Below are positions 24,172 through 32,264 of a DNA stretch of 64,000 nt, piece by piece. Origin of the DNA: Gammaproteobacteria bacterium (GTDB lineage: Bacteria; Pseudomonadota; Gammaproteobacteria; CBDBNL01; JAAOII01); assembly GCA_965209035.1 (NCBI GenBank), contig OZ242372.1, forward strand, positions 384,001 through 448,000, written 5' to 3'. How positions within the stretch are numbered: position 1 is the stretch's first letter; the number at the start of each line of letters is the position of its first letter. Position numbers and translations under genes: made by a program. The notes under the pieces were generated by a model that did not search any database, was not told where the DNA came from, and saw only the letters and a list, made by a program, of their open reading frames with translations.

Positions 24172-24415
24172 TGCATAATCTCAAAAAGGCTTTGAACTCT
24201 GAGTTGGGCATTGTGCGTCCTCAGATCAAAGACCAAGTACCGGAGGTTCTGTCGGGCAGGACGAAGAGAGATCCGGCAAGCGGCTCAAGGTATGTGAAGA
24301 TAGATTAATGAAGCGGGCAAAATGGAATGTGAACTGCTCCAATCTTTACGGTGCGAGCTACGGAGGCATGTTGTTGAAAAACTGTCGCGGTGCTTCCGCT
24401 GGCGAGACAGTGTGG
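24172..24415 (+). mobile_element. Diverged copy of the IS481 left end plus leader (no transposase)
   Basis: Colinear with 25890-26130 (CTGAG...GTGCGTCCTCAGATC, CCGGAGGTTCTGTCGG, TCCGCTGGCGAGAC). Confidence 0.85.
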
Positions 24416-24545
24416 GGGGAATTGTATATCATTCCCTAAAATCATTAAGTTGAAGATCCGATTTTTTGAACGAGTACCTAAAAAATCCGAGGCATCGCCC
24501 GCCCCGTTGACTGTTTGGATATAGGCAGTCTTTTATAAGGTGTGA

Positions 24546-24571
24546 ATTCAAGTAACTAGTGCAACACCTTG
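24546..24571 (+). repeat. 26-bp inverted repeat, left copy, flanking the R-M cassette
   Basis: ATTCAAGTAACTAGTGCAACACCTTG; one mismatch to the reverse complement of 27470-27495. Confidence 0.85.
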
Positions 24572-24679
24572 AAAGGTTTCCTTGAATTTTGTAGAATTCA
24601 AGGGAATGCACTAATCACTTAAATCTTGGGTGCGTTTAAGAAAGTAGCAGTTAGAGATCCCCGCGGAAGCCGAGATCAT

Positions 24680-25126
24680 TCATAAGATTCTTTTAAGCCA
24701 TTTTATTGCGCGTTTAAGAATGGTAATGTCGTCATCCATCATCCCCATGCTTGAATTACATTGCCGGCAGACCCATCCTCTTATCTCACCGGTCTTATGG
24801 TCGTGATCTATCACGACATCATTTGTATATTGACGAGTGATCGTTTTCCGGCACACCGGACAATAAAATTTTTCGCCAATTGCCGGGCGAGGATGCTGCT
24901 GTTCGTATTCTGTCTTTCTCTTTCTTGATATCGGTTTTTTTATTTTTCGACATTCTATACAATCACCTCGGCGAGATATTCTGCCACTGACAGTTCTTTA
25001 ATTTTTTTGAAATGCAAAAAGAGATTTCCTTTTTTGACAAAGTCGACAGATTTTTGTTTTTCCCAAACAGTCCGCACAGTATTTTTCTGCCGCCTTGTTC
25101 GTTCCGCATTCTATGCATTTGTTCAT
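24680..25126 (-). pseudogene. Hpy99I-like His-Me (EndoVII-type) restriction endonuclease with an internal TAA
   Basis: Manual translation: MNKCIECG...KICRLCQKRKSLFAFQKN*RTVSGRISRRGDCIECRK...FYCPVCRK...VVIDHDHKTGEIRGWVCRQCNSSMG...IKWLKRIL. The stop is at 24998-25000 (codon 43). Confidence 0.8.
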
Positions 25127-25889
25127 TTGTTCTCGCGAGTTCCGGTTTTACAATACTTCGCAATGTTTTAAAGTGTTTCAAAATGTTTCACAATACGGCG
25201 GAAATCGGGATGGGTATTCTTTTTTGTTCTTCTTTAAATATTTCTCGTAATCGTTTATTGGCAATTGCAGCATACGGTTCATATATTTCACTTCCGACAA
25301 AATTGCGGCCGGTTAACATTGCCATCTTGGCGGTGGTTCCGCTTCCCATAAAGGGGTCGTACACAATCTCACCCGCATTGCTCCAAGACAAGATATGATC
25401 TTTTGCCAACTCTTCCGGAAATATTGCGGGATGACCGTATGCAATAGAATCACTGGCAGAATGACCCTTACCGATGTTATATTGCCACACATTGGTGCGC
25501 CTCCCTGTCTTGTCATATCCCTTTCTAATCACCTGTTTCAATTCCCCGCCAAATAATCTTTTATTACTAACATCGCCATCTCGGCTGTCTTTATTTTCTC
25601 GGTCTCTTATAAGATTAATTGTTTTGGGTTTCCCTTTAGAAAGGACGAACATATACTCAAAACTTTGCCAGTATGTCCGATTGTCCCCGCAAGCACCGCG
25701 CGGCGGCTTAAGGTAAATCATCGTATCAAAGAGATTAAATCCTACCCGCTTAAAATACAAAGCCTGGCGAAAAGAAGTTCCGCTTTCATCCCCCTCTTTT
25801 GTTTGATCATTGACTATCCAAACCAGGACACCGCCCAATTTCAAGACGCGATGCAATTCCTTTGCAATTGATGTGAATTGTGAAAAAGT

Positions 25890-27188
25890 TGCATGATCTC
25901 ATAAAGGTTCTGGACTCTGAGTTTGGTATTGTGCGTCCTCAGATCAAGCGTCCGGAGGTTCTGTCGGACGGGTCGAAAATAGATCCGGCAACGGGTCTTC
26001 GGTATGTGGAGCTAGATGAATGAAACGGGCAAGAAGGACGGATAGCTGTTTTGCTCTCACCGCCGCAGACAGCGGAGGCTTGTTGTTGATAAAACTGTCT
26101 AGGTGTATCCGCTGGCGAGACGGTATGGTTTGTGAGGGCAGCCGGACTGCACATTGGAAATGAGAGGAACACGTTTACGCTACATTGGTTATCGCGTGCG
26201 CGGTTTCAATAAAATGGTGGTTTTAGCAAATCAATATTTAAACATGTCTAAAACCACCAAAATAAAACTGGACACCTTGGCGTTCGCGCGCAAACATGGT
26301 GTCGCGGCCGCGTTGGATCATACCAGGATCAGTCGTGCTACATTCTACGAGTGGCAGCGGCGTTTCCGTGAAGGCGGGGTCGATGAACTGGCGAACAACT
26401 ATGGGTATCAGCCCAAGCGGTCCAACACCTGGCCACCGGCACTGATTACCAAGATCCGGTCTTGGCGACAACAGCGTCCGAACATCGGTGCCGGTAAACT
26501 GGTCTGCTTGTTACCCGAATGGTGTCAGCAGCGCGGGCTGCCGCTGCCCAGCCAATCAACGCTCTCTCGCATCATTGCCGATGACCCGGATAAGATGCGG
26601 TGCAAACCATCGCGGTCCGTGCCGAAACGCCCGCGGCATGGTGCTCCGCGCGAGCGCAAGGACACCCGCTTTGTTGCGGGCCGGAGAGGTGAATGTGTTG
26701 CCTTTGATACGCTCGTCCGCATCGTCGATGGCCGGCGCTTTTATTGGCATGTCGGCATTGACCTATTTTCCCGCTTCTCACTGGTCAGTGTCGACACCTC
26801 CGCTGCTTCGGCCAGTTCCGCCCGGCTCTTTACCGCCATGCAAAACATACTCGGCACTCGGATCGAAAAAGTCCTCACCGATAATGGCAGTGAGTTCGCC
26901 AAAGACTTTCACCGGGTCGTGACCGCAAACGGCAGCACCCACTGGTATACCTATCCAAGGAAACCGCAAATGAATGCACACTGCGAACGGTTTAATCGCA
27001 CTCTCTGGGAAGAGTTCGGTTGTCATATGCGGCATCTCTTGGTTAAGGATATGCCGGCATTCAACGCCAAACTCATCGAGTGGTTGGCTTGGTATAATCT
27101 GGAACGTCCCCATTATGCTCTCAAACAACTCTCGCCAATCCAGTTTTTGCAAAAACAACAAAAGTCCAGAAATGGGTGGGATCATACA
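25890..27188 (+). mobile_element. Complete IS481-family insertion sequence, 1299 bp, 5-bp TSD AAAGT
   Basis: Ends TGCATGATCTCATAAAGGTTCTGGACT and AGTCCAGAAATGGGTGGGATCATACA form an imperfect IR; AAAGT at 25885-25889 and 27189-27193. Confidence 0.92.
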
Positions 27189-27224
27189 AAAGTGTTCCCA
27201 GAATACTTCCTTATGTTATCATAG
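26160..27224 (+). CDS. IS481-family DDE transposase
   Basis: HTH (ISRATFYEWQRRF), AFDT, TDNGSEF, PQMNAHCERFNRT and YNLERPH motifs; the ORF runs through the right IR. Confidence 0.93.
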   Translation: MRGTRLRYIGYRVRGFNKMVVLANQYLNMSKTTKIKLDTLAFARKHGVAAALDHTRISRATFYEWQRRFREGGVDELANNYGYQPKRSNTWPPALITKIRSWRQQRPNIGAGKLVCLLPEWCQQRGLPLPSQSTLSRIIADDPDKMRCKPSRSVPKRPRHGAPRERKDTRFVAGRRGECVAFDTLVRIVDGRRFYWHVGIDLFSRFSLVSVDTSAASASSARLFTAMQNILGTRIEKVLTDNGSEFAKDFHRVVTANGSTHWYTYPRKPQMNAHCERFNRTLWEEFGCHMRHLLVKDMPAFNAKLIEWLAWYNLERPHYALKQLSPIQFLQKQQKSRNGWDHTKVFPEYFLMLS

Positions 27225-27469
27225 GGCGGTGAGGTGATCATCATATCAATGGAACTTGTTTCAAACCGTTGCATTGTCTTAAGGCAATCTTCGTTATAAA
27301 TGTGATTAATTTTCATTGTTTGATCTTCCAATACTTCTACCATACAAACATATTACCTTAATTTTGTAGTTCTAAAATTTTAACGCCAAACGCATTAATA
27401 GGCAGGGAATTATAATCCGCTGAATTGGACAAAATTCAATGGGGCTATTTATAAGGTTTATAAGGCTTA

Positions 27470-27495
27470 CAAGGCGTTGCACTAGTTACTTGAAT
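27470..27495 (-). repeat. 26-bp inverted repeat, right copy
   Basis: CAAGGCGTTGCACTAGTTACTTGAAT. Confidence 0.85.
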
Positions 27496-27546
27496 CCATA
27501 TATCTAATCAATATATCAATATTTAAATACTGTTAGAATCTAAAAA

Positions 27547-27619
27547 CGTCCCCTAGGGGATTCGAACCCCTGTTGCCGCCGTGAAAGGGCGAAGTCCTGG
27601 GCCTCTAGACGAAGGGGAC
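27547..27619 (-). tRNA. tRNA-Glu(TTC), no encoded CCA
   Basis: GTCCCCTTCGTCTAGAGGCCCAGGAC...CT-TTC-AC...GGTTCGAATCCCCTAGGGGACG. Confidence 0.96.
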
Positions 27620-27723
27620 AACATTTATTATTATAGAAAGTCGGCACAGGCATTTGGAGTAAAAAAGCGAATTTAATCGGCAAGAGAATTATTTATCTCG
27701 CCGGGCGGTCATCTTGCCGCAGG

Positions 27724-28746
27724 TTATTTCTTCAACTTATCCGGTGATGTCGGAAAAAGAATGAGAGAAACGCGTTGCCACATTCCAAGTATGCCATCCG
27801 GCGATAAGAATACAACCAAGAGAAAGAAGATACCGATGACAGTATTAAAGCGTTCTCGGTCTATCAGGTCTATGGCAAAATTATCCAATAATACAAAAAG
27901 TAGCGCGCCAAGAAAAGGGCCTATCGGATGTCTCAATCCGCCGATGATTGCAATGACCAAAATATCAATCACCGCGCCGATATGCACCGAGCCGGGAGAA
28001 ATGCGTCCGTTAAACCATACCAATAGTACGCCGGCGGTCGCTGCAATCACCGCGGCGTAAAAGGTTGCCACAATTTTATGTAAGACAACCGGATACCCGA
28101 GGGAATTCATTCGCCGCGGATTATCGCGAACCGCTTGCAGGGCGATGCCAAAGCCGGAGCGCGACACCCATAGAACGCTAAAGTAGAAAAATGCCGCAAC
28201 AAACAATGCGAGATAATAAAACGGCAGCGGATCGCGCAGATAGATTCCCGCTATCTTTGGCGGGCTTACCCCGGCAAACCCCGTAAATCCGTTAAAGACG
28301 GCATAGTTCTGACGCACAAGATAAAAGAAAACCACCGAAATCGCCAGTGTAATCATAATCATATAGATGCCTTCGGTACGCACGGAGATGAAACCGATTA
28401 ATGTGCCGGCAAGAGCACCGCCCGCGATGGCAAGAGGAATAACCAGCCACCAAGGAAGCCCCATACCAAGGTTACTTGTGCCTAATATGGCAACGAGGTA
28501 GCCGGCAACTCCCGCTACGGTGAGCTGTGCCAGATTGACCATGCCACCGTATCCCGCCAAGAACATCAACGCCAGAGCGATCGTGCCAAGAATTAAAGAG
28601 TAAGCGCCAATTTGAAACGCGAAAAAACTTGGCACGACCAGAGGATAAATCATCAGGATCGCACCCACAATCAAAACGACCAAACGATGCCGCTCGCCGA
28701 GTTTAGCCGACAGGGTTTTGATATTTTTGATATTAAAGCCCTTCAA
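27724..28746 (-). CDS. Branched-chain amino acid-type ABC permease (LivM-like)
   Basis: GYGGMVNLAQ, GIYMIMITLA, AVRDNPRR and IIGG...GPFLGA motifs. Confidence 0.9.
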   Translation of the reverse strand: MKGFNIKNIKTLSAKLGERHRLVVLIVGAILMIYPLVVPSFFAFQIGAYSLILGTIALALMFLAGYGGMVNLAQLTVAGVAGYLVAILGTSNLGMGLPWWLVIPLAIAGGALAGTLIGFISVRTEGIYMIMITLAISVVFFYLVRQNYAVFNGFTGFAGVSPPKIAGIYLRDPLPFYYLALFVAAFFYFSVLWVSRSGFGIALQAVRDNPRRMNSLGYPVVLHKIVATFYAAVIAATAGVLLVWFNGRISPGSVHIGAVIDILVIAIIGGLRHPIGPFLGALLFVLLDNFAIDLIDRERFNTVIGIFFLLVVFLSPDGILGMWQRVSLILFPTSPDKLKK

Positions 28747-29759
28747 TTTTTCCCCAGCAGACCGCGCGGGCGAAGGGCAAGCACCCCGACCATAATTAAG
28801 AATGTAATAATCACTCCGTAGGTTGGGAAATACACCAAACCAACTTGTTCGGCAACCCCGATAATCAATGCCCCCAAGGCCGCGCCGGCAATGGAGCCGA
28901 TTCCGCCGACTATGACAACCACAAGAGACGCAAGCAGATAACGAACATCATCGCCGGGAGCAATGGAAAGGGCTGTGCCGCCTATGACGCCAGCGAAACC
29001 GGCAAGGCCCGCGCCGATTGCAAACACTATGATAAAAATTCTTTGAATATTAACACCGGATGCCTCAAGCATATCGCGATCGTCCACTCCCGCACGCACC
29101 ATCAATCCCGTGCGTGTCTTGTGAAGAAACAACCAAAGCAACAATCCTATTACCACCGCCAGCAGAACCACCGCCAAGCGAAAAGTTGGATACTTAAAAA
29201 AAGCGACACTGCCGTCCTTTGCGGTTCCTATGGCAATCGGCAAGGATACCGTCCCGAACGCCCATTCCGGCGGAGTAAATTGATAAGTAGTACCTCCCCA
29301 AGCCGCCAGCATCAGATCGGCAAAAACTATGGAAATGCCGATTGTCACCAAAGTCTGCCGCAGCTCTTGATTAATCATCGGGCGAAAAATAAAGTATTGA
29401 AATGCGGCGCCCACAAGCGCGATGGCGGCAAAACCCACCAATCCGCCGATATACCAGACCCCTGTAATTCTTGCCGCCTCATAGCCCACATAGGCACCCA
29501 GTAAATACAAAGAGCCGTGCGCCAAATTAATATTGCGCATCAATCCAAAGATGAGGGTAAAACCGCCGGCAACCAAAAAATACAACCCCGCCAAGGTCAC
29601 CCCGTTGAGGAGCGTATTAATGAAAGTTCTTTTATTGCCCAAAATGTTCACCAACCAGTCCGGCCAGCCGGCAAAGAGGAGAATACCCGCAAGAATGAAT
29701 ATGGAAATCACCCTGAGAAGCCATTTATGACGAAGTGTCAAATGTAAAAAATGCATCAT
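28743..29759 (-). CDS. Branched-chain amino acid-type ABC permease (LivH-like)
   Basis: GFTLIFGLMRNINLAHG, VVIVGGIGS and RPRGLLG motifs. Confidence 0.9.
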   Translation of the reverse strand: MMHFLHLTLRHKWLLRVISIFILAGILLFAGWPDWLVNILGNKRTFINTLLNGVTLAGLYFLVAGGFTLIFGLMRNINLAHGSLYLLGAYVGYEAARITGVWYIGGLVGFAAIALVGAAFQYFIFRPMINQELRQTLVTIGISIVFADLMLAAWGGTTYQFTPPEWAFGTVSLPIAIGTAKDGSVAFFKYPTFRLAVVLLAVVIGLLLWLFLHKTRTGLMVRAGVDDRDMLEASGVNIQRIFIIVFAIGAGLAGFAGVIGGTALSIAPGDDVRYLLASLVVVIVGGIGSIAGAALGALIIGVAEQVGLVYFPTYGVIITFLIMVGVLALRPRGLLGKN

Positions 29760-29811
29760 TAGTGTTGTTGGTGCTTATTTTAGCAAAAAAGTATCGCCAA
29801 ATGCATTTGTT

Positions 29812-29910
29812 TGTATCACCTCATCCGGTTTTAGGATCTTCGTGTTTGTGTCTGTTTCTGCCCGAGCCGTCGCGAGTTGTTTGTGAGCATCGTGAATACT
29901 TTTAAGATGA
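29812..29910 (-). mobile_element. Degenerate IS481 right-end remnant
   Basis: TGTATCACCTCATCCGGTTTTAGGATCT...GCGAGTTGTTTGTGAGCAT matches the reverse complement of the transposase 3' end (GAGAGTTGTTTGAGAGCAT). Confidence 0.6.
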
Positions 29911-30106
29911 TCTTTTTGAAATCATCCTTTTGAAATAATATCGCATCGCCCTGCCGGCAATTTCCACCCGCCACTGCCTCCCGCACAACCGCCCGCCGAT
30001 TCTTCCGAAGATCGGAATCCGACACTTGAGATAAATCCGTCTCGCAACTGCGGTGATTTTTCGCGCCGGCATGCCATCGTTCGCGGATCCGCATATAATT
30101 ACGATT

Positions 30107-31012
30107 ATGCCTATCATCTACTGGCTTGCATTGCTGCTCTTTGCCGCCGTATGGGGGGCGAGTTTTCCCTTCATAGAAATTAGCCTCACAGAACTCAGCC
30201 CCTATTCGTCGGTATTTTGGCGATTGGTGCCGGTCGGCATCGTGTTTATGTTCATCGCCCGGCTGCGCGGGCACAAGTTTCCATTAACCCCGCGCTTCTG
30301 GTCCCCCTTTTTATTCTTGGGTTTCTTCTTTAATGTAGCCCCGTTCATCCTCCTCACCGCCGGGCAGCAGTACATCGCATCCGGCATCGCGTCCATCCTT
30401 AATGCCACCATCCCGATCTTCACCGCCCTCTTGGCGCACTTCGCATTCGCGGACGAACGATTAAATCGTCTAAAAGGTCTGGGATTATTCGCCGGCGCAA
30501 GCGGCATCGCCGTCCTGTTTGGCTGGGATGCGCTCAAGCATTTTAGTTTGTCCAATCTCGGACAGATCTATGTCCTGCTCGCTTGTCTCTGCCAGGCATT
30601 TTGCATAGTCTGTAGCAGACGCTTTGTGGTGCAACATCCCCCGCTTGTTTCCGCCGCCGCCACGATGTTGTGCGCGGCATTGTTTGCCCTTCCCATGATC
30701 CTCTTTTTTGAAGGCATGCCGACAATCCATTTTTCACTCAAAGTATGGGGTGCCGTTCTTTATCTCGGCTTCATCGCCACGGGTGTTGCCTATATGTTGT
30801 ATTACTTCCTAATCGGCGGCATAGGCGCGGCACGCACCTCCTTGGTGACCTTCATGGTGGCACCGTTCGCAATCGTCTTTAGTTGGCTGATGTTGGGTGA
30901 AACCTTGCCACCCACAGCCTATCCGGGCATGGCGTTGATCTTTGCCGGACTCGTCTGCATGGACGAGAGAGTGCAACGGCGGCTTGTCAAATCTCGGGAA
31001 ACTCGAAAGTAA
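30107..31012 (+). CDS. EamA/DMT family transporter
   Basis: WGASF, SGIASILNATIP and LGE motifs; about 10 TM segments. Confidence 0.9.
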   Translation: MPIIYWLALLLFAAVWGASFPFIEISLTELSPYSSVFWRLVPVGIVFMFIARLRGHKFPLTPRFWSPFLFLGFFFNVAPFILLTAGQQYIASGIASILNATIPIFTALLAHFAFADERLNRLKGLGLFAGASGIAVLFGWDALKHFSLSNLGQIYVLLACLCQAFCIVCSRRFVVQHPPLVSAAATMLCAALFALPMILFFEGMPTIHFSLKVWGAVLYLGFIATGVAYMLYYFLIGGIGAARTSLVTFMVAPFAIVFSWLMLGETLPPTAYPGMALIFAGLVCMDERVQRRLVKSRETRK

Positions 31013-31169
31013 CCGTCAATGTTCGCTATCTGCCAAATAGCCTCCAAGTAGTCTCCAAATACCATCTAATAAGTAGTTGCCAAATAGTCGTCAAGCATAT
31101 CGGCACAAATAAAAGATTACAAAATGCCTAACTGCAAGTAGCCAGGGAGGGGGAGGGAAAAGACTTGTC

Positions 31170-32228
31170 TTAGAAATCTTTTTCTATTGATTCAATAAAC
31201 GATTTCAGATCTTCCTGCAATTTTGTTAACTCTTCGTTACGAGGATTCTCGGGATATTCTTGGATGAGTTTTTCCAAGTACTTAATAAGACTGTTCGCAT
31301 TATGCGTATGATACGCTTGCCACCATTGCGAACATACATAGAATCCGCCGTATGTTTTTTTCCAATATCTGGAGTATTTGTCAACCAGACGGCCGTCTTT
31401 TTTGCGTCTTAACAAAGGAAGATTGGAAATTAAAAGTCCCATCTCTTTTATCGCATAATCCTTATCGCACATCCATTCTATTGCCTCCTGAGGCAAGGGA
31501 TGCTTCTCCAATAGAATTTTCATAATATTTCTTACGATGTCTTGGAGAGACAAGGAAGGATCTGAATATTCGGGGGGCGGGGGAGGCTTGGGTTTGGAAT
31601 GTTTTATTCCCATGAGAGTGATAAGTCTGTATACACGGGCGAATAATTCTGATCCATCGGAATGTCCCTCGATTGCCTCCAAAGTTTTTTCGTATATTTT
31701 CGTCTTAAATTCTTCATTAATAAGAAGTTGCCATTCCACCGAACTATATCTGTCCCTCAATTCTGCGAACATCTCTTTCAACTCTTCCGCAGGACCCGGA
31801 TTGACTTTAGGAGAAGCAAAATAAATACAAGTTTTCATATCGGGAAAGTAATGCCGAGCAACCAAGTATGCCCTTAGCATTTTCTTAAGAACCCTGTCCT
31901 TTGAACCACCGGTATAATTTAGACCGTTTTCATGGAAAGCCGTATCCATCATGTGGAGCACGGCAGTTTCCTCTGTCCACGGCGAGGGCATTCTGCTCCC
32001 AACCACGTCGTATTCGGCTTGTTTCAAAAATGTACTTGCACTCTGTGTCTTCTTGAAAACAGCGGGATCAAACTTTTCTTTCATCTCATCAAAAAGATCT
32101 TGCAAGCTTCGAGCATCCATCCTACCTTTCCAAGCATTGCCAGCCTTCCAATTCATTTGCACCAGTTGGCATTTTTGAACATGCCGCAAATAAGAATAGG
32201 CAAGAGACTCTACGACTTCAATTTTCAT
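31170..32228 (-). CDS. Hypothetical protein, putative PD-(D/E)xK-like nuclease with an extra C-terminal domain
   Basis: N-terminal E-helix (KIEVVESLAYSYLRH), QAEYDVVG, MDTAFHENGLNY, Pro linker, C-domain RYWKK...YVCSQWW; co-oriented 36 nt downstream of GmrSD. Confidence 0.5.
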   Translation of the reverse strand: MKIEVVESLAYSYLRHVQKCQLVQMNWKAGNAWKGRMDARSLQDLFDEMKEKFDPAVFKKTQSASTFLKQAEYDVVGSRMPSPWTEETAVLHMMDTAFHENGLNYTGGSKDRVLKKMLRAYLVARHYFPDMKTCIYFASPKVNPGPAEELKEMFAELRDRYSSVEWQLLINEEFKTKIYEKTLEAIEGHSDGSELFARVYRLITLMGIKHSKPKPPPPPEYSDPSLSLQDIVRNIMKILLEKHPLPQEAIEWMCDKDYAIKEMGLLISNLPLLRRKKDGRLVDKYSRYWKKTYGGFYVCSQWWQAYHTHNANSLIKYLEKLIQEYPENPRNEELTKLQEDLKSFIESIEKDF

Positions 32229-32264
32229 TGGCTTCTGTCTGTCAGTGAGCGAGAGCGAAAAATA

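Larger units (their letters stand above)
25188..27316 (-). pseudogene. Beta-class N4-cytosine DNA methyltransferase interrupted by IS481
   Basis: The N-part (27316-27189, MKINHIYNEDCL...ITSPPYDNIRKYSGNT) joins the C-part (FSQFTSIAKELHRVLK...HPAIFP...DPFMGSGTT) in frame once the IS and one TSD are removed; 274 aa. Confidence 0.92.

Noticed and set aside
24963-25181. 72-aa ORF downstream of the MTase
   Set aside because: Wrong frame; the Cys-rich nuclease frame (24680-25126) explains the region.
27316-27546. Prophage/ICE att site at tRNA-Glu
   Set aside because: No integrase and no duplicated tRNA 3' end seen in the window.
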